Positions 50,458-64,000 of a DNA stretch of 64,000 nt are shown piece by piece. A program made the translations under genes and the position numbers. The stretch is taken from contig JAMDHS010000068.1 of assembly GCA_029717555.1 (NCBI GenBank), forward strand, positions 1-64,000, read 5' to 3'. Source of the DNA: Peribolospora baueri. Taxonomy: Eukaryota. The notes beneath the pieces were generated by a model, which saw only the letters and a list, made by a program, of their open reading frames with translations, had not been told where the DNA came from and made no database searches. How positions within the stretch are numbered: the first letter of the stretch is position 1; each line of letters opens with the position of its first letter.

Positions 50458-53165
50458 ATGGTAAGAGTCAGGGTCGTTCTTTGGGCTATATTGGAGCAAG
50501 ACTGATGCTTCCCGTCTCCTATCCTGCGGTTATACAGGCTCAGATGTTCGGCAGGGACCCCCGCAGCGCCGGCCTCTTCCTCGGAGGAGACCGCATGTCC
50601 GGCGCTGACATTAGGAATCAGAACGGTGAGCGCCAGAAGCCATTCCACATGGGGCAGCTTGCTATGATCTGCTTGGGATCTCATACATAATCTGTCTTGT
50701 CTGACATCTTTTGTTGTCCCTCCAGTCATCGCCGCCCAGGCGATCGCCAACATCGTCAAGTCTTCGCTTGGTCCTGTCGGCCTGGATAAGTGCGTGGAGC
50801 ATAAAAGAAAGGGCGACGGCGACGGAGCGGGCTAAGGTGCTAATCCCATCCTGGTTTGCTTTGCTTTCTGTCAGAATGCTCGTCGACGACATTGGCGTAA
50901 GTTTCATTTCTGCTTCAGGCCCGCGGAATCTCACTCATCCGAAGACTGACCCTCTCCGTCGCGTGTTCGCATCCTCTACCAGGACGTAACCATCTCCAAT
51001 GACGGCGCCACTATTCTCCAGCTTTTGGAAGTGGACCAGCCTGCCGGTCGCATCCTTGTCGAATTGGCGCAGCAGCAGGACAAGGAGGTGGGCGATGGAA
51101 CGACATCCGTTGTGATCATCGCCGCCGAGCTCCTCCGCCGCGCCAACGAGCTGGTGAAGAATAAGATCCACCCCACCACTATCATCACCGGCTACAGGCT
51201 TGCTTGCAGGGAGGCGTGCAAGTATATGCAGGACCAACTTTCGGTCAAGGTGGACGCGCTGGGCAAGGAGAGCTTGATCAACGTGGCCAAGACGAGCATG
51301 GCTAGCAAGGTCATCGGCAGGTAAGTACGACCCGATTGAGTTGGGATAGAAAGGCGAGAGGTTTGGGACTACACGTGGCAATCGCAGTCGCGCTGCGTTT
51401 CGGCGTTTCATCCAGCGGATGCTGAGACTTCACTTCCCCACTCGCCGTTTTCAGCGACGATGATTTCTTTGCCAACATGGCCGTGGACGCCATGCTTGCG
51501 GTCAAGACAATCAACTCGCGCGGCGAGGTGAAGTACCCTGTCAAGGCGGTCAATGTGCTCAAGGCACACGGGAAGTCGGCGCGCGAGAGCATGTTCGTCA
51601 AGGGCTATGCGCTGAATTGCACCGTCGCCAGTCAGGGTGAGGATGGTCATGTTGTTCCCCATGAAAAGGCGATAAAGGCCTTAGAAGATACACAGACTGA
51701 CTTGGACTTCTTCGTTTGGTCACTACATCTGCAGCCATGAAAACGCGCATCACGAATGCGAAGATTGCCTGCCTTGACATGAACTTGACGAAGACGAGAA
51801 TGCACCTTGGCATCCACATCACCATCGATGACCCTGACCAGCTGGAGGAGATCCGGAAGAGGTAGGTCATACGTCTAAATTCCGTGTTGCTCCCTTGGTC
51901 GGTCGGTAACTCACTCGGGCCCGAACCATTTCTCGTGGCGCCCTTTTAGGGAATCCGAGATCACCCTCGAGCGGGTACGTAAGATCCTCGCCGCGGGCGC
52001 CAACGTCGTCTTGACGACCAAGGGAATCGACGATTTGTGCTTGAAGGAGTTTGTCGAAGCTGGTGCGATGGGAGTGAGGCGATGCAAGAAGGAGGATCTA
52101 CGCCGAATCGCTAGGGCTACTGGCGCCACTCTCGTCAGCTCGCTCGCTAACCTCGAGGGCGACGAGACGTTTGAGCCTAGTTACCTCGGTCATGCTGAGG
52201 AGGTGGTGCAGGAGCGGATCAGCGATGATGAGCTCATCCTCATCAAGGGGACCAAAACCGTCAGCTCGGCGTCGATCATCTTGCGCGGTGCCAACGGCAA
52301 GTATTTGCTACTTCTTACATTTCTGCGTCCTAAGATCATACGTTGCTGATACCGGTGATCACCCACAGACTACATGCTGGACGAGATGGAACGGGCTCTA
52401 CACGACTCGCTGTGCGTCATCAAGCGCACGCTCGAGAGTGGGTCCGTTGTACCTGGAGGTGGCGCTGTGGAATCGGCTCTCAGCATTTACCTGGAGAACT
52501 TTGCGACTACCCTCGTGAGTGATTTCGTCGGGCGGCGTTGTCTCTCACCACCACAGACATAGGCTAACTGACAGGCATGTTTGGAATTGACATGTCGGAT
52601 ATACGTCCTGTAGGGTTCCCGCGAGCAACTCGCTATCGCTGAGTTCGCCTCTGCACTGCTCGTCATCCCGAAAACTCTGGCGGTGAACGCCGCCAAGGAT
52701 TCGACGGACCTGGTCGCAAAGTTGCGGGCGTACCATAACGCGGCGCAGAACGCTTCGCAGGGCGACCCGAAGAAGGTGCTTCGCTTCTACGGCCTCGATC
52801 TCTTCAAAGGAGACGTTAGGGATAACGTTCGTGCGGGCGTGCTCGAGCCAACCGTGTCCAAGATCCGCAGCTTGAAGAGCGCGCTTGAAGCGGCGACTTC
52901 CCTGTTGAGGATTGACGTGCGTGCACAATCCAATCATTCACTCGTGGCAAAACTCGGAGAAGATGGGCACATGACTAACTGACCACTTCGCCACTTGCCT
53001 TCTTGCTTCCCGCTTGCAGGACGCCATTGTTTGGTGCGTCGAAATTTTCTGTTTTTTCTCAACTGCACTTCGTGCTGACGCTGTCGTCCTCTCCTTTGCC
53101 CTCTCTGCAATCTCCGCAGCGCGCCGGAACAGCACGGCGAAGAAGACCCTCACGCCTACCAGTAA
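50458..53165 (+). CDS. CCT1: T-complex protein 1 alpha (chaperonin CCT subunit 1)
   Basis: [83 protein letters not shown]. Confidence 0.98.
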
Positions 53166-54459
53166 GACTTGGGTACCATCGCCCGTACTGTACTCGTACA
53201 TGTCATTCACACGATAATAGCAAAAGGCTCTTGGAGCTTCCTCAATTCGAACGCTCCTCTTTAAACGGATTTCGGTGCCACTCTTCTGGTGGTTGTAGGG
53301 AAGCTTATATAGACAAAGCGATCCATGCCGTTCATTAGGGGTGGACACAATCTCCACTCTCAGTTCCTTCGATTTATTATGCCTTTTGCTATCGGGTCTT
53401 AAATTACCTCCTTTGCCATCATCTGAAGGAGAATGAGGTGACAGTTCTCTCAAAGTGTAATCTCTGGACTAATAGATGGACAAGAAAGCCTGAGAAGAAA
53501 CCCCGAAAGAGGTGAAGGACCAAAAGGAGAGCGCGCTAATTGTTTGACCTTTTGAATCAAGACGCCGGACGTTCAACTTCCAAACTGTCTGTCTTTGGCA
53601 GATCCGGCCCCCGAAGGGGAGGTAGAGCCCTCATCTCCCAATCTTGTGTATGTGCACGTAAAGTCGAGGGTGAGTGTCTCCCGGCATGATGCTGTGCCGA
53701 AGTCACCAGATGGGGTCATAACATGTCAAAAGCAAAGCCGTGATGGGAAGGGGTTCGTTCATCTTCAAAGGCACAAAGCACTCCAGACGTCATGATTACG
53801 TCCACAGATCGTCCGAACAGGTCATTCTTCGTCGCCTCGCTCATGCCCTCCACCGTACCACCACTGCAGATGGCATCAGCAATGCCCAGCTCCAGAAGAC
53901 GTACTCTTGCAAAGAGCCCGACGGCGGAAGAGCAGTGAACAGAACCGTGTTTGAGGAGATCCATGCTCGTCGTCCAAGTTTGGGGGGATGGGGGGGCACG
54001 ACTCTGTAAGACGGCGAGCACATACTTGCTTTCGTCCCGTCAGATAAGCTCACACTGCTTTCTATTTGACACTTCCAAAAGCCCGATCTGTCAAGTGAAG
54101 ACATGTGCGCAGGTGATGCCGTTGGCGGCAATGGGCATTTTTCACGCTCGATGACTAGACTTGGATATCAGCCAACAGGAAGCTGAGAAAAGGGGACAGA
54201 AGCGTAACGGTGTCAAGTGACTACTAGAGGGGTCTGAAAAGTGGCGTATTGTTATGCGCACATGTGCACGCTGTCCACAACTTGCATTTGACCCCATCTC
54301 GCGCCCAGGATCTATACCAGTGGGATTGCAACCGGGAAAACAACTTGGTTTACAGCGCATGCACATCGTGGTCACAATACGTCTCATCAAACCGACTTCC
54401 GTACATGAAAATTCGATGCCTAATTCCGGCGTTCTGGCGTCGAGTGGCTAGTCGAGGAC

Positions 54460-56602
54460 TTACTCGCGCTGACGCTTGCGGCTTTCGGCTCTAGATGAGG
54501 TAACGAACAGAGGCGAACGGAAACGGACACTGATGAGCTCATATGGGCAAATCAACGAGGAATCATTCCTCGCCAGAGTCGCCGTGGAAGAACTCAAGTA
54601 GAGCTCGATGAACTCACGCGGAATTGTCGAGACCACGCTTGGTGCCCTTCTTAGCCTCGTCCAAGAACTTGTCCACGCCGAAAGGATCAAGTGTATCCTT
54701 CTCGAACTGCACCGGTCCCTCGCGAACCTATCATGTGCGGCAGAAAGCGGGAGTAAAGCCAATGGCGCGAATGAGTGAACGAATAGAGTTAAAACGAATA
54801 GAGTTAAAAAGATTTACGACGACTTCGCAGGTCAGCTCGTCTCTGTAAGCAAAAGGCTCACCTCCTGGAGGTCTGCACCCTCGAAGCCCTTCGTAGCCCC
54901 GAGTCCGAACCGGTCGATCTGCGTGGCGGCCGAGCCGGTGAAGAGCGGCTTGTCGTAAATGTTGTAAGAATCCTCGTCGCCAAAGTTGTTGGAGAGCGCC
55001 TCTTGGTTGTAGAGGCGCGAGTCGGTCATGCTCTCCTTCGACATCGTTGGCTTGGCAAGCCCCAGTGCGACCTTCTCCGATATGTCGCGGTTTTGCTCGC
55101 TGTTTGGAACAACAGGTCAATGTCATGGTAAGCACGTGAACTGCTCGTTATTCTCCTCCCAGACGAGAAAAGGGGACGGGCGGGAAAAAAAGCTCACCGA
55201 GCGAGCATCTTTGCCCTCTGCTCCGTGCCCATGTTGCTCATCCTCATTTCCCTCTCGCGCTCCTGCCTCTTCTCTCTCCTCAACTCGTCACGCTGCCTCC
55301 TGCCTTCTTCATCGTTATCGCTCTCGCCGCTCTCACTCTCGCTCCCATACCCAGCCAGCGCGCTTGGCATGACGCCACCGACTCGCGAAGAGCTACCCGC
55401 CGCAGCAGAAGGCGTCGAGCCACCACGTTCTTCTCTCGCACGCTGAGCAAGGTTGCGCAAGTGCTCCTCCTTCGCCGCCTTCTCCTTCTGCGCAAGCTTC
55501 TGTTGCATGACGCTTCGCTGTCGCACTTCCTCGCGCGCGTGACGGTCAGCGAGGTAAAGGGCTTCGGAGAATTGGGCAAAGTTGTCATTGATGTGGACCT
55601 GTCAGGAGGGAAAAGACGAGAATTAACAGACGAGTCGCAAAGAAAAGCGGATGAGAATACGACCAATCATTGGAAAGATCCGATGCTCACGTCTTGCAAA
55701 CCTCTTCCATCGGCTGCCAATCGCTTATCCAACGGGATCGTATAACCTTTGTTGTTCTTCCAGTTGGATATGCAGGGTGGAATCATCCATTCCTTCTGCT
55801 CCTGTGCGGTGACCTTTCGAGGCGGGCTCCTGAGGACAGGGGCGGGAGGACTGGGCGGGCCACGAGGAATCTTCTTGTACTTGAAGCGAGGCGGTTCGAG
55901 CGGGTCCTCGACGACCTCGGACATCTTAATGACCCTCTGCTTCGTGCCGTCGCCGCCCTGCTGGCCCGGTGTGTATCGGATGTAGCTCGTCTGACCTTGC
56001 GTATTGGGCACGTTTTTCGGCTGAGCCGCCTTGATCTTTCCGTTGACTAACTTCTCCAGCGCTGCCTTCGTTTTCTCTGCCGTCGCTGCCACTTCCTCTT
56101 CCGAAGGCCGCTCCATCAGCCGGTCCTTCACATCCGTACGGTTCGCCATCGGTACAAGGTCCTTAAATTGGGACTGTACCGTCCGACCATCGCGATGCCC
56201 CTGCTGCGCAATGGCGTCGTACCGGACGTTGCCTTCGCCGTCCACCTGGAGAGCAAGGGTGTTGCCGCTGGTACCCTGCATGCGCGAGTCCGTGCATCGT
56301 CAATCATAACGGCTACCAGGCGACGATGCCCAAAATCCTGCCTCGTCCATACCACTTACCTGCTTCTTCCTGCCCATCTCAAGCGGGTACTGCGCAATGC
56401 TGCACTCTGGGTAGGCACCTCCATTACCAAAGTCCTCCTGTTTCCTCGGTTTCCATCCCCTACGACGACCATACGGGGGGATCTGCACCGTTGGCTGCGC
56501 GACCACCGCGGTAGAACTCTGAGCCTGCGATTCGTCTACCTCCTGCACCGACGGCCGGTGGCGAGGCACGGGGAGGAGATTGGACAGGGTGGCGGCGGAC
56601 AT
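54460..56602 (-). CDS. PRP45: spliceosomal SNW/SKIP protein
   Basis: IPPYGRRRGWKPRKQEDFGNGGAYPE..AQYPLEMG; DPLEPPRFK..PPSPPAPVLRSPPRK..IPPCISNWKNNKGYTIPLDKRL; GPVQFEKD..DPFG. The last exon AESRKRQRE* is in phase. Confidence 0.97.
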
Positions 56603-56841
56603 ATTTGGTGATGCGGAGTGGTGGTGTGTAAATAGATAGGCTAGATGTGAGCGATCCAGCAGCCATGACCGCAAGCCTCCTCCACATGGTGCAATTCCCA
56701 CGCTCCACGTGACCATTACGGCCCACCGAGCCATGTTATCTCCGATGGTGAGGCCACCCTTCGAAAAGGCGGTCGTCGACCGGATCAAGCCAATCGAGCC
56801 GATACGGGAGAGGATGACAGCGAAGGCACTGAAAAGGAGCG
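56603..56841. promoter_or_regulatory. bidirectional promoter PRP45/hypothetical gene with CACGTGAC (56706)
   Basis: About 240 bp divergent spacer, with a central E-box. Confidence 0.55.
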
Positions 56842-58405
56842 ATGCGTGTGCGCGCACTGGTTAACGAGGCTGAGGAAGGTGACGGCAACGCGGCGACGAC
56901 CAACGCCAGCGCCAAGGACCGCAACACCACGAACGACACACATGAACCGTCTTTCTTCGCATCCTTCTCTCGTGCACATCAGTCTACACCGGCTCCTTCT
57001 CCCCTTTCTGTCGCGATTGTTCACCGCAAGTCTGATGAATTGGAGTCAGAAAGGGTATGGGAGGGCTTGCGCAAGCATGCATTGCAGGAGGTAGATGATG
57101 CTGTTGGACGAGCGGGTCCATCACGGCGAAAATGGACGAGGATTGAGTACGATGCCGAGCAGCTCGAGAAAGACAGTGCGCATGCATTCTCCAATGAGAG
57201 CTTATTTATGCCTCCCTTTTTTCCCTACTGTTGTCTGACTAAACGGTATTCCGCTACTCGCCTTTTCTACAGATCCTCTGACCCTCTCAGCGGCCGCGTA
57301 CGCCTACCGGCACCCTCCACCGTCTGCCGCCGACGTATCGTTCCAAATCGTCACGAAACCCCTTCGTCCATGGCAAAGCTCTTTTTATCCGCGCAGCGAG
57401 TCCGCTCTCCCGTCGTCTGCTGCGTCCGACGACTATGCAGAGGAGCAGTCATTGTCCCAATTGCCCCAGTTCGAGAGCACCCATTTCTGTCCCGTTTCGC
57501 CAACGGCACGGTCAGCTGTTGTACCACCTTCGTCAAGCGCACGTTCAAATTCTGTATCCAACCCGGCGCTCGTCTACTCGCTCTCTGTACCCTTTATTGG
57601 ATCGCCAGCGAAATCGTCTGGTGAACAAGGAGGTAGCTCGTCCGTGCATCCGCGATTCTTCGATGGTGCTGGCATGATGTGGGACGTGATTCCAGAGGTG
57701 AACCAAGCCTACAGCAACCTTCAAGTTGACAGACGTTTCTGTTACTGAGTCTTGTCTTCACGTTGTACCGTTCAGCCTTTCCACGTCAAGACCTCCGCTT
57801 CGCTGGATTCCTTCGAAGAAGATCCGCAGCGTGTCCAGCAGTCTTTAGTCCATCGCTTTGTCGTCTCACAAAAAGCATTCCGCGCAGGAGTAGCTGACAA
57901 AGGAAGGAGGGCAAGGTGGATCATTCCCGTTACAGGCGCCGTTGGGGCTGTCCAGGATGCTAGCAAGGCGAAGTGGTGCGAGGGCGAGGATTCATTCGGA
58001 GGCGAGTTCGTGGGAAGTGGGCCAGCCGTGCGCGTGGAAGCAGAAGAGGACGTTGGTTTGCGTGGAACCATCGTCTGGACGCGGCAGGCGCTTCGTAATG
58101 TTTGGAAAACCCTTTCGCGGATCTGCAAGGACGTCAAGCTGGGCCACCTCTCCATCTGCGCCGAGTTCGATGAGGAGGAGGACGGCTCGCCGCGGGGACA
58201 TAGCAGGTCCAATTCAATCTCAACGGGCGCTACGGTGCAGTTGGGAGATCACCTTAAGGTGTATTGTGATCTATGGAGAGCGATGGAAGTGAGGACGATG
58301 TTGAACGACCTCGGAGCTTTGGGCGGCTGCGAGGGACGCAAAGTGCTCGCAGACGCGCAACTCTTGCTAGTCGACGAAGAAGGGTCTGCGCTCGTCGTGG
58401 CTTGA
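56842..58405 (+). CDS. hypothetical protein (multi-exon; start and internal exons uncertain)
   Basis: Long coding-like last exon (RARWIIPV..IVWTRQAL..DHLKVYCD..AQLLLVDEEGSALVVA*). Divergent from PRP45 across a CACGTGAC-containing spacer. Confidence 0.6.
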
Positions 58406-58688
58406 GATGGCGTGGTATAGACTAGCACATCTACGGTACCCCGATGTCTCCTCTGTAGCAGTAGAATCGCCACCGTCGGTGCTCACGTGTTTCTTAGAAT
58501 GGTCACAATGTTCACGTATGTATGTACGTTTGGCTGGGAGAAGGACTTATTATGTTTGGCCGACTGCGGCGACCTGCGCACGAGCCCTCGATGGTCCTGT
58601 GCGTCAATGTATTTCGCGAAATCGGTAGCGACGATGAGATGTCAGTCAACCACCACATTCCTCAACTTCAACCTTGGATTGGCTGGGA

Positions 58689-61600
58689 ATGCCCTCGAAG
58701 AGAAAGAAGGCTTCCACAAGCCACTTTCCTGCTCCAAAACCGCGAAAAACCCTCTTTTCTGGCCGCGGAGAGCTGAGCGGGAACGCTGCGTGGGGATGGG
58801 TGGGCGCAGAGGTGCAAAGTACCCGGGACATCGGTCCTGGCCATATTCGGCGAGCATACCACCTGGATCGACCACTATGCGGCAACTTCTATGACCGGAG
58901 CATCGAATGTATAGCGCGTGGCGTGGCGCTCGAGAAGGAGGAAGAGGAGAAAGCGAAGGAGGTCGCAAGGTTAGAGAGGAGGAAGAAGCGGGGTGGAAAA
59001 GCGACGGCGGAGGAAGCTGATGAGTCGGCGTCGCGCTTTCAAGTTGGTGCTAGCGATGTTAAGGGGAAGAGAAGGGCGGAAGGAGAACATCAGACTGTGA
59101 CTGTCTGCGATGCTGTTGCCTGCGTTGGGAACCCCAACTGCCTCAATCATTTGGGGCAGCGCAAGTGGTTTGAGGGTGAGTAACCAAAAGTCCAGATAAA
59201 CCTCGAGCGCCCGTTGTCTTCCACTTATTCCTCCTTTTGCTGGTTCTGTATTAGATGTTGGAGTTGATGCTTTTCTGGAGGCGACCAACATCGGGTCGGA
59301 CCTTTCTAAGAGCTTACGATCGCATGTACCGGTCGGTCTCCGTAATCTCGGCGCTACATGTTACTGCAATGCCTTCCTGCAAGTTTGGTATCAAGACTTG
59401 TCCCTCAGGGAGGGCGTGTACAAGTGCAGGCCGCCTGGGCTGAATGATGGAAAAGTAAGTGCTATCCTGCTTTACGCCCCGGCGGAACGAAAAGCATAAT
59501 CGGACGTGTGCTCGGCCCGTGGAGATGGGTGATTGATAGAAATTGGTCACATCGTTGGCGAGACTTGCAGGATTCGCCCATATTTCAGTTGCAGGTCATA
59601 TTCACCGCCCTTCAAGAAGGACTCGCGTCTACCTTCGATCCTCAACGGTTCGTGACAAGCCTGCAACTTACGACCTCTGAGCAACAGGATGCGCAAGAGT
59701 GCGTGTCAAGTCATTTCATCATGCGACGCATTCTTCATAGTGATAGTTTCGGGTCCTTTCAGGTTTTCCAAACTCTTCATGAACCTGTTAGACAAGCAGT
59801 TTCGAAAGCAAGATGACCCTGTGCTTCAAACCCTGCTTTCAGATCAAGTGAGTTCTCATTATCTTGCAACAGTAGACTGATGGTCACTGTCCTTTTCGTT
59901 GACTTTGTTCACGACTTTACAGTTCGAAGGTCAGCAATCTTACTGCACGAAATGCCACAAATGCAAAACAGTTTCTCAGCGGTCGAGCGCTTTCCTTGAA
60001 CTGGAGCTACCTTTGAAGGTGAGTTTCCAGCATAAAGTTTGCTTTGGACAAGTAGCCCATTACCGGTGACTTGCTGGACCGAATTTCGCCAGGAAAACGC
60101 GACCGTGGAAGAGCTCATCAACCGCATGCTTGAGCCGGAGACATTATCCGGCACCAATCAGTGAGGCCATTGGAAGCTTTGGGATCAGTGGAAGCCTTTT
60201 TCCTAATAGGCTGTCACTTTTCCGCCGTCGAGCAGGTATGCCTGCTCTGTTTGCAATAGCCTGCAAAACGCGGATCGCTACGTCCAGCTTGATCGCATTC
60301 CTCCGGTAAGTTAAGACGGGGCATTCCATTGTTTCTGGTAAGGTTCTGCTCACGTTTGGCTTATCGCTCTTGCCATATAGGTCCTTCACCTCAGCTTGCT
60401 TCGTTTCGCGTTTGACGCGAAGACTGGAGATCGGAAAAAGTCACGCAATCGCATCCGTTTCCCCTCGCGAATAAATATGGCCAGGTTCCTCAACCACGGT
60501 AGCGGAGACTCGATAGAGACTCCAGAAGACGTCTACGAGCTGCGTGGCGTTGTGTATCACGTTGGGTCCAGCGCTTATCACGGACACTACATTGCGGATG
60601 CGGTCGATGTCCAGTGAGGAAGGCGAATACCCCTCGTGTTTACACGGGAAAGCAGACGTTGAATAACGCGACTTTCATTGCCTGACAGGAGCGGTCAGTG
60701 GTACACTTTCGATGACGAACTTGTCAAGCCTATCGACGAACTTTCCGACCAAGCCTTGGATGAAACCATGGGTACCAGGAAAGAGTCGAACACGCCGCAG
60801 GTTGGAGATACCTCAACTGCTCAGTTAAGTCGTCCTAGCGAAATGTCCGACTCGCCAGGACAGATAGCCGAGGAAGGGAAAAGGTACATAGGCAGTCAAC
60901 GTCATGCTCAGGGCAGCGCGGAAAGGCAAGTACAAGTATCGTTAGTTGTCTTAGGTTCCTTCTGGCTTGACTCCGTTGTAGTTAACCATATTTCTCATAC
61001 TTCTCTACTTCCAGCTATAAGACGTCCCGGAACGCCTACATGCTCATTTATGCGCGTCGATCTGCACCAACATCTTTGTTCAAGTCTGTAACGGCTGATG
61101 GCCCCACCAAGGAATTTTCGACTTCTGCAGAGGTCAATCACGGTTTCGGAAGTTACATTGCCAGCGATCCACGTCCTCACGATAATGTAGAAGGAGGGTC
61201 CGTTTCGTCATCTCGTACCGCAGTACCCACACCGCCTGCAGAAGCTCTTCTAGAGGTACAGCGGCTGAACGCCGAGCTGCAGGAGCGTATTTCAACATGG
61301 AAAGGGAACAAGGAGCGGTTGAAGCAAGAATTTGAGAAAATGCGTCGAGATAAGGCTGAAGTAGTCAGGCTTTGGCGGCCTGAGGAAGAGGTAGTAAGTA
61401 TGCGCTTTATGTGACTCTTCTATACGTGAGTCCGTTCGCTAAGCGAAATGATCCTTTTTCTAAAAGGCCGAAAGCGTCTTCGTGGGCGAGGAAGCCCTAC
61501 GTAGCTGGCTGGAACAGGGACTAGTCAAGAAAAATTTCAAGTCCACATCGGCGGATACAGGTCAGCACGGAACCGGAGACGGTCAGCATGATGGCATCGA

Positions 61601-64000
61601 TAATGGTAGCGCGTCAACGTCGAGATTTAATGAGGGCAACGCTGCTTTGGATTACGTCAACGAGGATCGTGGAACCGAGCAACATGGAGGGGAAGACTCT
61701 TTAGGGTCGCGTCCCTCGGCTTCGGCCGCTCACTCCGACCTCGGTAGTTCTGGAGAAGAACCGGTTTTCGTTCGTCGAATACAGAAAAACGACCCTACCC
61801 CCAGCACTGACAGCGAGGCCCCTGCGCATGCGCCTGTGCGTAAAGGCCCAGCAGATGATGACCTTCTCTGTCCACACGAAAAGCTTTCGCCACTGAGCGC
61901 TGGCAGAGTGAAGCGGTTGTCTGTGAAGGGCTATCAAGCTCTTGAAGCGCTACAGGCGGAGGTGGGACCGGCGCTTCCGTGTCCAGAAGCGCTTTGTGAA
62001 GTTTGCGTTGGGAATATCTTCCAAGGTAAGTTCGACGGAATTTCGGGCGTTCTAGTGGGTCCTTACCAAGCTGACTTGTAGCTATTGCCGACTGTGAACG
62101 TTGGACAGATCGACTCGATCGGGCGACCCATAAAGGACATTTGGAAGCGTTTGCAACCGTCAACACCGCACAAGCGAAGAAGCTGAGCACCCGGACGTAT
62201 TGGGTCTCCCATACTTGGTTGCAAGGTGAGTTTCGGACGCCGGCGGTTTGTGAGCGTAGATGGGAAGTAGTTTTACCGATCATTACGTCTGGTGTTTGCA
62301 GATTGGAAAGCAGGAAAGATGCGTAACAAGGGCGAGCAGGAAGGGAAAGACCTGCCGCCGGACGCACCGGAATATCGAGGCGACGTCGTCTGTCCGCATG
62401 GCAACATGACGCCTTCCCGCCTTCTTCGAAGGGACATATCGATAGCTGTGCGTCGAGTGCTTTCCGAGGACGTTACCCGCGCTAAATTCAGGCTGATCAG
62501 CAGATTCACGTCGGTTGTCGTGTTTTATAGGCCTTCAACGTCCTTGCAAACATTTTCCCCTCCTGGTCTACGTTCACGTCGGAAGATGAGGCTTGCAAGA
62601 TGTGCAGTGGCGATAGGAAGGAGCACGTCGAGCTCGCACAAGAGGAGAAGGTCAGCACGTCTGGGACTGTGAGGCTTGAACCGCGATTCTCTAACTATCT
62701 TCATGATATGTGGTGCATATGCGCACAGGCTGATCTTCGCAACTTGGCAATCCGAGGGGCTATGGCACCCATCGAGATGGTAGTTGGAGAAGATTATTAC
62801 CTAGTCTCTTCAGGTGAGCCGCGAAAGCTGAATGAATATCTCGTTACGTCTCGGACCCAGCTCACTCGCGCCTGTTCCCAAGAATTTTTCGACGCATGGC
62901 GAACCTGGGTCCAGAGGCCGATGGAGCACGATCGCCCGAACAGGCTGGATAATTCTGCGCTGGTCTGCGAGCACTCTTTGCTGTTGCTTGACGTCAACTC
63001 TGCCGAGCTCTCCGAGCGCTCGCGTGTATCTATTGTACGCGCTAGTGATTGGGCCCAGCTCGCTGCTAGGTTAGTTGAGAGCCGCTAGGACGTGAAGCGC
63101 GGAGAGACGTAAGAACTGACAATTTTTTGCCAAATGCAGGTATGATGGCTCTCCGGTGGTTCGAGTTCGGCTGCAAAACGCAGAGAGCGAAGTGTCCGGG
63201 TTCTACGTATCCAATCCGGCGGCATGCACAGAATGTCATCGAAGAGCGTGAGTTACTCTTTCATTCCGCTGCTGAGGTTGGCTCAAAATTATGGAGGTCA
63301 TGAGGTTCGACGATGCTCAGACACGATGTCATTTTGTTGCACCGACGGAACAGGAGGGCAGAGTTCGTGGAGACGGACGTGTTCTTTTGTCTCCTCGAGT
63401 CGGATGATCCGCTGCCTCTTGCCTCACCGGTCAAGGATGATGGGGTCGGAGGTACTTCTTTGGGATCGTATCCTCTGATCCCGGTGACAGGGGGAGAACC
63501 ATCTTTTGCAGGCGCGACTGAACCCATGTCAAGAAATGATGTGGATGACGACGGCGACGTGGCGCCCTCGAGAGGGGAACCAACCACGACGAATAACGGG
63601 CGGAAGCGTAAGGTTTCGGCAGGAACCCAGTACGGCAGGCGGGGCCAGAGGAAGTCGAGGCGCATTGCTCAGCAAGCCAAAGGAGAGCAGGACCACAGGA
63701 AGCCGAAAAGGAAGGAGAAGGTGGTGAGGGTAAAGAAGACCGATACGGTGAAAGACTTGAAAGTGAAGGTGAGTCATATTCCAATCGTGCGTATCTCTTT
63801 GTCCACATTCTGACCAGCTCGGGTGATGATAACACTCTGTATACATCCGACGAACTGGAAGGTCAACGAAATTTTCTCCATTCCGACCATCTACCAACGC
63901 CTCTTCCATAACGGTCGGGAACTAGAGGACAACGAAGATCAAGTTGCTTCGTTAGGGATCCTGCGCAGGGACGTGATCTGGGTAATGGAAGTGATGCCGA
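58689..64000 (+). CDS. ubiquitin-specific protease, USP48/UBP26-like (USP + DUSP-like + C-terminal ubiquitin-like domain); runs off the window end
   Basis: [12 protein letters not shown]; Cys box [24 protein letters not shown]; His box [21 protein letters not shown]; repeated CPH/CEH motifs; Ubl-like [32 protein letters not shown]. Confidence 0.92.

Noticed and set aside
54781..54809. 15-bp tandem duplication gaatagagttaaaa(c)
   Set aside because: A small slippage event inside a PRP45 intron with no functional evidence.

Overview
Intron-rich, GC-rich fungal (basidiomycete-type) nuclear DNA. From about 13.5 kb to the end it is dense with housekeeping genes: a dienelactone hydrolase, a strongly expanded LAMTOR2/Roadblock protein, the PI4-kinase STT4, an alpha/beta hydrolase lacking the catalytic Ser, NUP133, GPI1/PIG-Q, a SPIRAL1/Jupiter-like PGG-motif protein, a Zn2Cys6 transcription factor, PBP1/ataxin-2, CCT1, PRP45/SNW1, a hypothetical gene and a USP48-like deubiquitinase. 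The first 13 kb is more accessory-like. It holds the 3' end of an MFS transporter, a ThDP-dependent enzyme, two small secreted proteins, a cupin, a truncated and frameshifted Yvc1/TRP channel, and three non-coding repeat structures. The most striking of these is an AT-rich foldback/MITE-like element of about 580 bp with 199-bp inverted arms and no visible target-site duplication. It appears to have inserted inside a splice acceptor (TCT^AGA) of a secreted-protein gene. I saw no rRNA, tRNA or CRISPR features. All gene calls come from motif recognition and manual splicing, not database searches, so internal exon boundaries are approximate.
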